NCBI RefSeq assembly: GCF_964355755.1
Contig: NC_092670.1
Location: 35,762,388 to 35,826,387, forward strand
DNA length: 64,000 bases
Source of the DNA: Antedon mediterranea
Taxonomy: Eukaryota > Animalia > Echinodermata
Direction of reading: 5' to 3'
A program made the position numbers and the translations under genes. Shown here piece after piece: positions 38,101-53,100 of the stretch (position 1 is the stretch's first letter; every line of letters starts with the position of its first letter). The notes under the pieces are model-generated. The model searched no databases and had not been told where the DNA came from. It saw only the letters and a list, made by a program, of their open reading frames with translations.

Positions 38101-41100
38101 TCCCGACTTCAGCTATTGTTCGTGATGTTATTCTGACACTTCAGATGATGAAGCCAATGAAGTCAGCAACAGCAAAGGAAATGCGACCTGTTTTAAATGG
38201 ACTCACAGACTTTGCAAGACGAATGCGTGAACTTGGAAAAGAATTAGAACTCTCATCGTCAGTAGTGGTTGAACTAGTGAGTCAGAAAATCGATGCTGAA
38301 TTAAGCTTCGAATACATGCGGCAGATAAAGCAAGATGAGCCGACAATACCAAGTTTGATCTCATTCTTACGAAGTGAAACGGAAGCAAGGGAACGCCGAG
38401 AGCAACCTCATATGTTTGGCGATCAAAATGCATCTACTCATCACATTACTGGACAAATTAGTACACTTAAAAATACTACCCAATTTTTACCGAAATCTAA
38501 TTTTAAAGGTGCTGAAACTAGCGCGGATGATTGTCCTTTCTGCACTGACCACTCACGTCACTTAATTATAAAGTGCCCTATCTTTAACTCAAAATCTAAT
38601 GAAGAGAGACGGTTAATGATAATGGAAGCTAGAAGATGTTTCCTATGTTTCCGTACAAATCACAGTGCGTTCAGATGCCCCAGACATGACAAAAAACGCT
38701 GCTCTGTGTGTCAGCTATTTCACCACCGACTGATTGCTTGCCCACCCAATCGCACTTTCAGAACTAACAACAACAACACAGATGGTTTCTGTCAAAGTCA
38801 AATGTCACCTAAAACACAGGCGGGAGCGAACACAAATCTACGGCCAATTGTACGCCACGAAACCCAGGTAGGAACCAACTTAGGTCAGAATCCATTCATA
38901 TGTTTGCCAGCATCAACCAACCAAACTGTTTCAAATATGAATTTAGATCAAACCTCAATAAATTCACCTCAGATAGCTCAAGCGGGAGCAAGCCCAAGTC
39001 TACGTCAGACTGTAGCAGGACCCAGTCAAAATCCATTCGTGTCTTTGCCTCCATCAACAAATCAGACAATTTCGAAAATGAATTCGACGAAGCATGTCGA
39101 ACGCCGTCGCTATTCCCCGACTACATATGTCGAGATACAAGACAACGAGGGCAATTGGCAAAAAGCTGTCGCATTCTTTGATAGTGGTGCTGATACCACT
39201 CTGGTCAAGTGCTCCACCGCTGAAAGTCTAGGCTTAAACGGACTGCCCTTTGTATTTACTTATGGTGTGGCTGGAGGAGGCATCGTACAAGAAAACAGTG
39301 CAAGGTATCAACTTCGAGTCAGACCACTACGGGAATTGAAAGCATACGACTTGGTCGCAATTAGTGTACAAAAGCCTGCCCATGATAGCCCATCTGTTGG
39401 AGAAGATATCTTTGACGAACACTCTCACTTAACGGTAGTTAAAGAACATTTGCCTGTGGAGGAAGCCGAGATTGACCTACTCATTGGATACGACTATCAA
39501 AGTCTTACTACACCACTGAAAACAATACGTTCATTAACTGATCCTGATACATCACCAACTGTGGCAAAAAGTGCTCTAGGTTGGACAATTATCGGACAAA
39601 CCATTCCAAAGCCAATTTCCAATGTCATCAGCCACATCACAAACGTAAATTTCATGGATGACTCCCAGCTTTTATATACATCCGATGTCATTGGAGTTAA
39701 ACCAACAACCTTGTGTACATGTACAGATAAGGAAATTGCTGAATCTCAGTTTATCAAACATTGTAGAAAAAATCTCCAAATAAATGAGAAGGGCCACATT
39801 ACCATGGAAATGCCATGGAAGGATGGATTTCCTGAGTCTCTAGACTGTAATAGAGTACAAGCCGTGACGGGGATGATTTCACATGAGGCTAGGTTGCTAA
39901 AAAACAAGCAAATCAATGAATACAATGATGAAATTCGAGCTCTCCTTGACAATGGATTTACGCGCGAGCTCACGCCAAGTGAAGACAGAAACGTTCGTTT
40001 ACTTGTTGAGGCTAACACCGGTTCAGATCCTATAGGGGCTCTTAGGATCAAAGATCGTGCGTACATGGATGATATAACCGACTCATTTACAAAACCGAAT
40101 GATGCAGTTGAGGCAGTTGAGCAGGTTACTCGTATTCTAAGAAAGGGATCGTTTGAAATCAAAGTGTGGCATTCTAACCATCCGATGGTAGACCAGTGTC
40201 CTGAAGAGAAACACACACGTGTTCTAGGCCATTTGTGGAATAAGCTAGATGACACGGTAACGATTCAGCTTGATAAGTTCGATGAAGAACAGACTCCACT
40301 TACCAAAAGAAAAGTTTCCAGTCTTGTTGCCAGGTTGTGGGATCCATTACGAATGTTGAGCCCTGTGACTATTCGTTATAAAATCGGACTCCAGGAGATT
40401 TGGGCAGCTAGGCTTGATTGGGACGACGTGTTTGATGATGAGCAAACAGCTATGTGGAAGGTTTTTATAAAGGAGATGAATCATCTTTTGGGATTTGAAA
40501 TTCCACGTCAGCTAACGCCTGAAGATTCTATTGCTTACCCCCAGTTACACTGTTTCAGTGATGCTAGTGAAGCTGCATTTGGTTCTGTCATCTGGCTGCG
40601 TTGGGATACCCCAGTAGGAGTTAAATTGACATACGTTATAGCAAAGGCTCTAGTTGGACCGTTAAAGAAAAGATCAAATATAAGTATTAAGGAAAGGCCT
40701 GTACATAAGTTGTGTTTGATTGCAACTGTGGGAGAACTTAAACACGGGTTTTCTTCTAAACAAGGAATGCTTTTATTATGTAACTACTTGAGTTGTGAAC
40801 ATTTAATTACTGCATTTTAATTAAGATTCACTTTGTTGTGGTTATTTTTCGAAATCCTTTATGTACTGTGACTCAATTTGTCACGAGGCGGGAGTGTTTC
40901 GGATTTCGAACTTTGACGTTGGTGGCGTAAAGATTTGTTTTGGTGGTAAATAGAATTGTCAGCAAGATCACGCTTATTATCTAATAGTAGATACTGTATT
41001 TATCTTATTTCCGACAGTGATACGTGGGAGTACTACGTACGTTTTATAACATTTAAGTTGTGTTAATGTTCTTGACTTTGAATATTAAAATTATTAGTTA

Positions 41101-44100
41101 AGCTATTTGTTAAGTGTTTCGATCGGCTAATTGGCCATAAGCCTGACTAGCCCTCGTGCAGTAGTTTGACTGTATGTATCTGCTACGCTGTATTTTGGGG
41201 TTGTTTGCACACGCAGCTGTGCTGCCTTGTGCGTGTTTTCATTGAGTTTATTTGTGTTTCAGACTTTACCGAAGAATAAAGAACGGGTAAAGTAACTACC
41301 ACGAGTTTGTGTATCATTGTCCGGATTACATCCCAAACTACGTCCAAAGAACTTATAACACACGAATCTCCTGTTCGTCCGAAGCGCGTAACAATTTCGA
41401 AAGGCATTGCGGGATAGAATAGAGCTATGGGTGGCGCCATTGTGAGCCATGGAGCAGAGCCATATATAGAGAGAGTTACGCTTGTGTCAAGCTAGCCGAC
41501 AATAAGCCAGCCCACTTTTATTTTTCCAGCCGACAATAAGTATGAAACGCCGTTTGTGTATTTTTCACATTTTCAGTATTGCTTAAGGTTTTTATAGTAT
41601 TAGAAATTCAATATTTGTGAGAAAATGGCGGATTGCTCCTGGGAGTCACTTGGTGGGATTATACTAGGGGACCTCCTTAATCGTCAAGTATAAGTTAGAG
41701 TAGAACCGCTGGTCCTGTTTACTCAGCCCTCATCTTTTAAATCTGAGTGTAACTCAATTACGATTTTTAATATTATAGTGAAATTTGATACTGTATTTGT
41801 GAGAAAATGGCGGATTGCTCCTGGGAGTCACTTGGTGGGATTATACTAGGGTACCTCCTTAGTCGTCCAGTATAAGTTAGGGTGGGACCACTGGTCCCGT
41901 TTACTCAGCCCTCATCTTTTAAATCTGAGTGTAACTCAATTACGATTTTTTATATAGTGAAATTTGATACTGTATTTGTGAGAAAATGGCGGATTGCTCC
42001 TGGGAGTCACTTGGTGGGATTATACTAGGGTACCTCCTTAGTCGTCCAGTATAAGTTAGAGTAGGACCGCTGGTCCCGTTTACTCAGCCCTCATCTTTTT
42101 AAATCTGATGTTAACTCAATTACGATTTTAAATATTATAGTGAAATTTGATACTGTATTTGTGAGAAAACGGCGGATTGCTCCTGGAAATCACTCGGTGA
42201 GATTATACTAGGATACCTCCTTAGTCGTCCAGTATAAGTTAGAGTAGGACCACTGGTCTTGTTTACTCGATCAGCCCTCATTTTTTAAATCTGAGTACAA
42301 TATCTAGTTTATTTAGTTCTATTAAACTACCGTATAACCTGAGATTAAAGTAGCAGACAGATTTTAGATCATTAATATTTCAACACTTATTTTTGGTGAA
42401 CTTGTATTATTCGCAGTATTTATGACTATGCCTGAACTACATGTGAGTAGTTTTCTGATTGTGTCATTTGTGTGTTTACTTATAAGGTTACAGTTTGGTT
42501 GGTTGATACCAACTCATTTGAGGTAATTTGCCTCACAGTTGTGTTGTGACTGTGTTGGATACCTATCAGTGGGAAAGCCACTTCGCGTTTTGACCGTTAT
42601 AATAATAATAATTTATTTGGAGATTACACTTTTACAACAGTGGCACTCGACCAAATGGAAGGTGCATCCAAGAGAAATATACACAAAAAAAAAACATGAT
42701 ATAGAAAATAACAATTACAATAAAAAGTCGACGTAGGTCAACATGTCAAAACAATTCAACTACAGTAACTACAATACCATTGAACTGACACCTAAAAATA
42801 TAAAATTACAAGGAATAAACATATAGAATAGGTAGGAACTGTACAATATAAAATGAATCGTTAAATCGTGTAAAATCGACTTACTTCCGCATTGACGATT
42901 TTGAAGCGCCACCTATCGTTGAAAACTGAAACCACGATTTTTCGTCGCCTAGCAAATAAGTGCTGTTTTATTTTAAGCTCTCATGAATATTTAAGAACCG
43001 CCCAACATTACCTATTATGGTAAAAGCATTTCCTAATAAGTATAATTGAATAACCAATCGGTTTTCTTCAAAGAAACCGAAGCTAATACAATACATTCGG
43101 CGACTGAAGTCGGGACTCGTGAAATTTATAAATGTGGTACGATTTGACTACTGTTTTGTTGTCCATTTTCTGAATAGTCGGAGGTGCATCCCAACAAATA
43201 AAAAAAATTATAATCAATTGTTTTATCAAGAATAATATTAGTTTAATCGAGTATGATATATTTCTATCCTGTTCAAAATGTGTTGGTGTATTCTCAGGCC
43301 TCGAAAGGTAGGTACATTTTCTAGCTGTGAGCGTGGTTTCGGCAACGCGAGACACGTGTGTTGTACTGTGTTGATGCTGATCCGATAGTCGTTAAGTTGT
43401 ACTGATTACGAGTATCATTGGTCCTGGCCGGCCTGCGATTTTTTTTTCGTACATAAGTTGGGGACCCCTCATGAAACGTCACCAAATATACATGAATAAT
43501 TCATCAGTTAAATTTGTTGTTCCGTGTGCACCCAAGCGTATAGCAACAAGAAGTGATTACACGTCACAACTTACTGCGCTACGATACTTTCTACAGTAGG
43601 CCTAGGATTCTAAGTCAATTCACGTGATTGCCTTCGCGCACTCTTCTTCACACCAAATGTGTCGAGTCGAGGCTAATCGACAGCTAGGCAAGACATTAAA
43701 CTAAGTAGTAATTCATTGGACATAGCCCAAAGAAAGCTTAGACCCACAAGAATAAAGAATGTGTATAATTTGTGTACTGTATTTTTTTAATTCTGCTATT
43801 TTATTATCAAACAATATGCATGTACTCAAAGGAACTTTAAAAATGCGCGTATATGATGAACACATGAGATGGGAAGATTTGACCCACGAGAATAAAAAAT
43901 GTATTTTTGTGTAATGTTTATTGTTTAATTTTGCTGACTTATTACTCGAATTGTGTCATACCAAAGATAGTGTAACTATCTTTGGTCATACCTAACACAC
44001 ACACGTCACACACACCCACACAGCTACTACTACTAGAATAGACATGGGTTTAGAGACTAAATTAGGCCTAATAGTATTAATAGAAACTATAATTTTAACA

Positions 44101-47100
44101 CGTAATTCTTTAGTAATAAATTATATTAAAAACACCATAAACTAAAGGCTGATTATTTCGACAAATCCACACAAAACGCCGCTATTCTTCTATGAAATTG
44201 CACGCCGCAACAACAGCGGAGATAGGCCTAGAATCGTACCGCACTTGTGTAATCACTTCTTGTTGCTATATACGCTTGGGTGCACACGGAACAAGAAAAT
44301 TTAACTGATGAATTATTCATGTTTTTTTTGTGACGTTTCATGAGGGGTCCCCAACTTATGTACGAAAAAAAAAATCGCGGCCGGCCTAGCCTGGTGATCT
44401 GATCCCCCCCAAAAAATACTTTTTTTCAATCAGTATTAATATTATTATTTTATTTTTCATTTATTATTTGATTTATTAGGCTCAATAGATGCCTAGCTAG
44501 GCTACTAGTAGGCCTAGATTATATAAATAATAATAGCAAATACTGTAATATTAATTAATAAAATACAGCTTCCATTTGCCTTACTTTTATCAGGGAGTTG
44601 TTACAACTCCCTGCTTTTATGTCGCCATATAATATTATAATTATATATACAACCAGACATTAACATTTTTTTTAAATAATATTTATTATTTTTTCTGACA
44701 CTTTCAGGAATCGTTGATGATGCAGAGTTCTTTGTCTTTGTGACGTCAAACTGAGAGTGAAATGGATAAAAAGATGACACCGGTACCTACTGACATTGTC
44801 ATACCCAAACTATAATTTAATTAGCCTATTTAAAACAAAATGTTGAATTACAAATTATATGTATGTTGCAGAGAATTTAGATGAATTACAATACAAATAT
44901 TTATGTTGAATGCAAACCTACTACACTATACTCTGTAAATTATGTTATTGTCATGTGGTAGACCTTAAAAATTGAATATTTATTGTATGTTAGGCCTATT
45001 TTATATTTTATTAATACTGTATTAGTTTAATATTACTATTAATTTATATACAGGACTAGTTTGTACATGTTTTTACCCAAAAAAAATGAATAAATAATTT
45101 GTTATTTAATCTAATTGCTTGTTTGTTCATCAATAACAAAACAATTGTAAGCAAGTATATAACAGTTCTTGTTAGCCGCTTATTTCAGGTCATATTATTA
45201 ATATTAGCTAGGCCCGACGCGCCCGATCACAACGTCACTAAGTGACTTTCCGCCCCTGGAACAATCGCTCGCTAAATAGGGCTAGGCCTCGGACTCGTAT
45301 AAAAGCTATTATAATAGTTATGATAAATATTCCTCAACTAAAATGTATACTGTGATAAATAAACAAGTAATAATATACGTTGTATTGGAATGTATTTATT
45401 TATATGAATTCTTATACGCGGACAATTATAAACATCGCGTATATCGTTCGCTATAAATAAATTCATAAACACGATGACGATGTGTTTACAAAATGGCGGT
45501 TTCGCTACTTTTCGATGGAAAATAGTGGTACCTTTAGTTTGAATAGTCGGAGCTGCATCCCAACCACCGAATTTTGTATCTTAATATCGTATTCTGTAGA
45601 TTATTAATTTTTCTAACAGGGATTTTAAATTCAGGACTGTTCAATTTTTCTAAATATTTTATTTTAACGATTTTCTAGGGTACAATTTCGGAAAAAAGAC
45701 ATTGGTTGATTTTGCCGTTAAATTACAGATTATCGTTTTGTTCAAATACATTTAATTTTACATGACAATATATTAAAACCATTTATGAATTTATTTCACT
45801 AACAATATTTTTCCGATAATCAGCTAAATTTACAAATATTGTGTTTTTCCAACACCCTAAAATTTAGCAATTTTGAACTAAATTAAAAAAGTAGGGCGCC
45901 CTCTCCGAGTCGAAATTTGACACGATTTGTCGACTGGCTGTCCCACTGCTATAGAAGGCAGGAGAGATCAAAATTCACGGTATGCATACATATCACTACA
46001 GTGGTAAAACATAAGCTTTGTATTAATTAAACAAAATAGTAGTAGCCATTATACAATAAAGGATCTCTTATATTAAAGGATAATTATAATCACATTTTTG
46101 TAATTTTAAACCAATATATTACAGTACTTTGTTATTCGTTTTGCTAATAATAATACCTTTTATTATAGCAACCTGTTTCTATGAATAAAGTTTGATTCAA
46201 GTAACTTGTTTTCGTGATTCGTAATTCCTGCCTGTACAACCATCCACAGACAAAGAAGGGGGTGTAAGACCATCCACAGACAAAGAAGGGGGTGTAAGAC
46301 CATCCACAGACAAAGAAGGGGGTGTAAGACCATCCACACACAAAGAAGGGGGTATAAGACCATCCACAGACAAAGAAAGGGGAAGGCCATCTACAGACAA
46401 AGAAGGGGGTGTAGGACCATCCACAGACAAAGAAGGGGGTGTAAGACCATCCACAGACAAAGAAGGGGGTGTAAGACCATCCACAGACAAATAAGGGGGC
46501 GTAGGACCCTCCACAGACAAAGAAGGGGATGTAAGACCATCCACTGACAAAGAAGGGGGTATAGGACCACTTACAGACAAAGAAGGGGGTATAAGACCAT
46601 CCACAGACAAAGAAGGGGGTGTAAGACCATCCACAGACAAAGAAGGGGGTGTAAGACCATCCACACACAAAGAAGGGGGTATAAGACCATCCACAGACAA
46701 AGAAATGGGTGTAAGGCCATCTACAGACAAAGAAGGGGGGCGTAGGACCCCCCACAGACAAGGAGGGGGGTGTAAGACCATCCAATGACAAAGAAGGGGT
46801 ATAGGACCACTTACAGACAAAGAAGGGGGTATAAGACCATCCACAGACAAAGAAGGGGTGTAAGACCATCCACAGACAAAGAAGGGGGTGTAAGACCATC
46901 CACACACAAAGAAGGGGGTATAAGACCATCCACAGACCAAGAAGGGGGCGTAGGACCCTCCACAGACAAAGAAGGGGGTGTAAGACCATCCACTGACAAA
47001 GAAGGGGGTATAGGACCACTTACAGACAAAGAAGGGGGTATAAGACCATCCATAGACAAAAAAGGGGGTGTAAGACCATCCACAGACCAAGAAGGGGGCG

Positions 47101-50100
47101 TAGGACCCTCCACAGACAAAGAAGGGGGTGTAAGACCATCCACTGACAAAGAAGGGGGTATAGGACCACTTACAGACAAAGAAGGGGGTATAAGACCATC
47201 CACAGACAAAGAAGGGGGTGTAGGACCATCCACAGACAAAGAAGGGGGTGTAGGACCATCCACAGACAAAGAAGGGGATGTAGGACCATCCACAGACAAA
47301 GAATGGGGTATAAGACCATTCACAGACAAAGAAGGGGTATAAGACCATCGAAAGAGAAAGAAGGGGGTGTAAGACCATCCACAGACAAAGAAGGGGTGTA
47401 AGACCATCCACACACAAAGAAAAAGGTGTAAGACCATCCACACACAAAAAAAGGGGTGTAATACCATCCACACACAAAAAAAAGGGGTGTAATACCATCC
47501 ACAGACAAAGAAAAGGGTGTAATACCATCAACAGACAAAGAAAAGGGTGTAATACCATCAACAGACAAAGCAAAGGGTGTAATACCATCAACAGGCACAG
47601 AAGGGGGTATAAGACCATCCACAGACAAAAAAGGGGGTGTAAGACCATCCACAGACCAAGAAGGGGGCGTAGGACCCTCCACAGACAAAGAAGGGGGTGT
47701 AAGACCATCCACTGACAAAGAAGGGGGTATAGGACCACTTACAGACAAAGAAGGGGGTATAAGACCATCCACAGACAAAGAAGGGGGTGTAGGACCATCC
47801 ACAGACAAAGAAGGGGGTGTAGGACCATCCACAGACAAAGAAGGGGATGTAGGACCATCCACAGACAAAGAATGGGGTATAAGACCATTCAAAGAAAAAG
47901 AAGGGGTATAAGACCATCGAAAGAGAAAGAAGGGGGTGTAAGACCATCCACAGACAAAGAAGGGGTGTAAGACCATCCACACACAAAGAAAAAGGTGTAA
48001 GACCATCCACACACGAAAAAAAGGGGTGTACTACCATCCACACACAAAAAAAGGGGTGTAATACCATCCACAGACAAAGAAAAGGGTGTAATACCATCAA
48101 CAGACAAAGAAAAGTATAAGTATGGTATAAGTGCCCAACTCATAAAATCTGCTTCCCCGTTTATTTTAAAACCTTTATTGCATATTATTAATACGTCATT
48201 ATCATCGGGCTGTGTCCCGGCTGATATAAAAATTGCTAAAGTTATCCCGGTATTTAAGAATGGTGACATCTCCGATATAAATAATTATCGGCCTATTTCC
48301 ATTTTACCTTTTTTTTCCAAAATATTTGAGAGGATTGTGTATGATCAAACGATTTGTTACCTCTCAAAATATAACGTACTGAGTAAAACACAGTATGGAT
48401 TTAGACAACACCATTCAACTAGTCATGCTTTAATACAATCGATTGAAAAAATCACAAACGCTATTGAGAATAAAGAGTTCACACTAGGAGTTTTCCTTGA
48501 TTTATCAAAAGCGTTTGATACAATCGATCATGATGTATTATTAGATAAGTTAAGATTTTATGGTATAAGAGGAGTTCCGCTAAACTGGTTCTCAAACTAT
48601 CTTAAAAAAAGACTACAATACACATTTATTGTTAATACTGCATCTAGTAAAATGACAGTAAACACTGGAGTTCCTCAGGGATCCATATTGGGTCCATTAT
48701 TATTTCTTATATTCATTAATGATATTAGTCTAGCATGTAACCATGTAGACATGATTATGTATGCAGATGACACAAATGTGTTTTATAGTCACAATGATAT
48801 TACTCAAGCTTTTGATACAATGAACCAGGAGTTATCTATACTTTCGGACTGGTTTATTGCTAACAAATTAACGCTAAATGTAAACAAATCAAAATATGTT
48901 ATATTTAAGGCTAGAAATAAGTCAGCTGACACTACCTCACTAGAATTGAGGATGGGAAATGAATGTATAGTAAAAGCTACTGAAGTTAAATTTCTAGGCT
49001 TATTTCTGGATGAAACTTTATCGTTTAATTTTCATGTAAATGAGGTAGCAAACAGTATTTCTAGAATAATTGGTGTCTTAAACAAAGTGAAGTCTATGTT
49101 ATCAAGTAAAATCTTGTTAACGGTATACAATGCACTTATATTACCTAGAATAACGTATGCTATCACAGTATGGGGTGCTACTTCTGCTACAAACTTAAAC
49201 CGTATACATATTCTCCAGAAAAAAGCACTTAGAAATATTTGTCATGTTCATTTTATGCATCCTTCTCATCCACTTTTTATTTCAACCCAAACATTAAATA
49301 TTTTTGACCTTTATACGAAACACACTGCTATATTTATGTATCAATATAAACATAATCTATTACCTGAATCATTTAATAACTTATTTAGTACATCTGCCTC
49401 ATTCCATAATTACTCAACTAGAAACAGGTCAAACTACTGTCCACAACTAAAACGCACCAAAGTCGGACAGCAATGTATTTCCTACCAAGGAACACATATT
49501 TGGAACAATTTAACAGACTATATAAAACAATCCCCCACTTTAAGTTTGTTTAAACAGAGATTAAAGCAATATTATAACAATAGAAATATTTAAGTTAAGT
49601 AAATCACATTATGTTATTTTGGTTTGTTCTTTTTGTTTGTACTAATTGTTTGATCTTTTTGTTAGGGTTACATGCTTAAAGCACTTGTGCTTATTTTGTA
49701 TCCCATTCCATTATCTTATTATTTGTATTGTATTTGTATATGTTTTTATTTTGATTATGGAATAAAAATGTCGATGAATTGAATTGAAAAGGGTGTAATA
49801 CCATCAACAGACAAAGCAAAGGGTGTAATACCATCAACAGGCACAGAAGGGGGTATAATACCGTCCACAGACAAAGAAAGGGGTGTAAGACCATCCACAG
49901 ACAAAGAAGGGGGTGTAGGACCGTCCACAGACAAAGAAGGGGGTGTAAGACCATCCACTGACAAAGAAAGGGTATAGGACCACTTACAGACAAAGAAGGG
50001 GGTATAAGACCAGCTACAGACAAAGAAGGGGGTGTAGGACCATCCACAGACAAAGAAGGAAGTGTAGGACCATTCACAGACAAAGAAGGGGTGGAAGACC

Positions 50101-53100
50101 ATCTACATACAAAGAAAGGGGTGTAAGACCATCCACACATAAAAAAAGGGGTGTAATACCATCAACACGCACAGAAGGGGGTGTAAGACCATCCACAGAC
50201 AAAGAAGGGGGTATAAGACCATCCACAGACAAAGAATGGGGTATAAGACCATCCACAGACAAAGAATGGGGTATAAGACCATCTACAGACAAAGAAGGAG
50301 GGGTAGGACCATATTAACCGAGGAAGCATACAAAAAGAAGATACAATCAAAATACCACTTGGAAAACAATACATTGTAGAATAACTGAGGCTTAATTGTT
50401 GAAATATAAAGGGTTCTTTGTAAGGTCATTAATAATTATTGATATAAACACGATCATCATAGTTTTCATTTGACATTCAAATACAGTCTATCTCGAAAAG
50501 AAGCTCATACTATCACCTTTTCGAGATTTTACGGTATTCCATAACATGTATGTTATTTCCTCTGTCAAACTATTAAAACTTTTAGCGAATCAGAAGGTGC
50601 CAACATCATTGAACTAATGGTACCACCAAGCACAATGTTTACCAATTCTATGTACTATATACAATTTAAGTCCATTAATCATTTAATATAATTACGCCTA
50701 TCAGGTCAAAGTTCAAAGACAAACAAAAACCACATACAGTATATTCACCTAATTAAAAATTAATAAATAAATGTCAAAGGTCATAAATTGTATTTCCGGT
50801 CATTTTATGTGAAAATGTTTCATTACTACAAATATAAATGTTTTTATTCTGAACAAAATGACACCAAAATCGATTGAAAAAGACCAGTAGTTACAGAGAT
50901 ATACAAATACGAGGTCAAAGGTCAAACTGAAAGAAACGTCATTTCCGGTCATTTTTGGACGAAAATTTTCATTAGAGCAAATAGAAATATATAGTTTGTG
51001 AACAATTTGAGACCATAATTAAGTCTCTAATGTGTATAGTTGCCAAGATATGAACATTTTTTGTTTTTATGGTGGCCATTTTGAAATCAAGATGGCCGCC
51101 ATACCGGACGTTGGACACTTGGCACCCCCCGATATTTTGAATCTATATACATTAAAGAAACTTTGTGCCAAGTTTCATGCTTTGGTAATAAAATGCACAG
51201 CTCATGTCATTAACTGCTCTACTATGAAGAAAATGATAATGTGGGCCTAGACATTGATGAATCCCAAGACGAAAATGGCATGATTGATTTTATGCGACAA
51301 TGACATCTCTCCAAGTCATTCCCCACCCCACATAACACCACCCCCCCCCAACATAACACCCCCCCAACATAACCCCCCCCCCCCACCACATAACCCCTCC
51401 CCCACCCTGACTCCCTACCCTAGCTGGTATCTCCTTTTCTACTTGTAGGTTACTAACACTCCCAAATAGGATATTGCAGGTTGACACCCAAATAAGATCT
51501 TCAAGAAATGAGCCCTATATACTCTTATTTTACCAATTTCAAAATGGCCACTAAAATCCCCCGGGGGAAGGGATTCTTGTAAATTTTGTCGTCCTCATTC
51601 CCGAACATCAGTCGGACAACATATTAAAATTAATTGCAATAGTCCCATGGGAAGTGGTCGTTGCTAAGGTGTGAATGTAGTCAACTGGTTACATTTTATA
51701 TTAATTGTATGGTGTAAAAGTGGAGCTCCACTCAGAAAATTACTATTTTTCATACATTTCAACTATTATTTAAAAATATCATCCCTTATACTTCATATTT
51801 TTTTGAAATTTTTTTCAATGAGTACGATTTTCTTGAAAATCACGCCTTTTTGCATTTTGGGGGGGGGGGGGGGGATACCTTGTAATTTCCTATTCTTTTA
51901 CATGCAAAAGGGGGGTATATTTGAATAATCCTAAAAAATTCATTTCTTCACCAAAACAAAAATGTAAAATGTATATTTATGTAATTTTTCCAGATCTTTC
52001 TATTTCTGGTATTTTTATCACGTATACATTGCGCAATTTTGCGTAAATAGACACTTTCCCCCGTTCGGGTCCAATTGGGTTTTTTATTTTGCTAGGGAGT
52101 ACGATCACGTGACATTTTTCCCAATCACACTACTGCAGCTGCTGGCGATCTGTTATTTTGTCGCGATGTTATTTTTGACGGGCGAAAAGTATATTAAAAC
52201 ATTCTGAATATGACCATATTATGTTTCACAGTGTAATAATGTGATTATGAGACTATTACTAAAATGTCAAATTTAACGAGATTTGAGAAAGACGTGGCTA
52301 TATATTCAATAAAGCTAGGCCTAGGCCTAGGCCTACTAGAGTGTAGGTATGTACCGTTGCTGCTTGGCCTCTAGCTAGGCTAGGCTGACAGCAGTGAAGT
52401 TTGTTTTGTTGGCACCCGACATTGGCCTACCCATGGGCCATGATAGGGTGCCTGAATAGTTGCTTTTCAGTCAGGTCTAAGCTTGCACATCGCTTTACTA
52501 CTCTTTACTACTATTGTTCTGTATAGGATTTTGTGTTTCACAATTCTTAATGTGCGAGAAAACCCAGGAACGATAAATGGGGCGAAACGACCATGCCTAT
52601 GAATACATAGTCTTCTAGACAAAAATTCAAGGCTAGCTTGGCTGAGCAGACGGCTTAGCTAGGCCTAGCCCTAGCTTAAAGTTAAAAGCAATCTGATAAG
52701 ATTATTATGCTGTTGTTGTACAGTGAAAATCATGAGGTTACATGTAAATTATACTGACATTCTTATCGGAAATATTACTTAGGCCTAAACAAATCGTATT
52801 AATTGTGTGTATAAAATTTATTCCCCATTTTTCGACACATAATTTACCAAAGGGGAGACATTTCATCAATGCGTTGACCGGCGACTAAAACGCGTCAGTC
52901 GCTAAGTGTAACGCGTTTCGCGACGTATTGTAAACTAATAACCCCTAAGTTACTGAAAAACTGTAATTTGTTAAAAAACACTATTTTCTGACCGATTTTT
53001 TAGAAATGAGTTTTTGGAAAATATTTCAGTATTTTTCCATTTTTTTTTTATGTAATCACTTTCAATTAAACATACTTAAACATAATATAAGCTGAGAAAG

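Noticed and set aside
37799-40255. Antisense and overlapping ORFs within the BEL element
   Set aside because: Shadow ORFs of the long gag-pol frame with no recognisable motifs
46144-50374. Long ORFs of 150-513 aa with 10-aa periodicity
   Set aside because: Products of the 30-bp minisatellite; open in several frames with frequent frame-switching indels
50313-51670. Possible additional DNA transposon(s) and C-rich tract
   Set aside because: Looks repeat-derived, but I could not define termini or TSDs from this window
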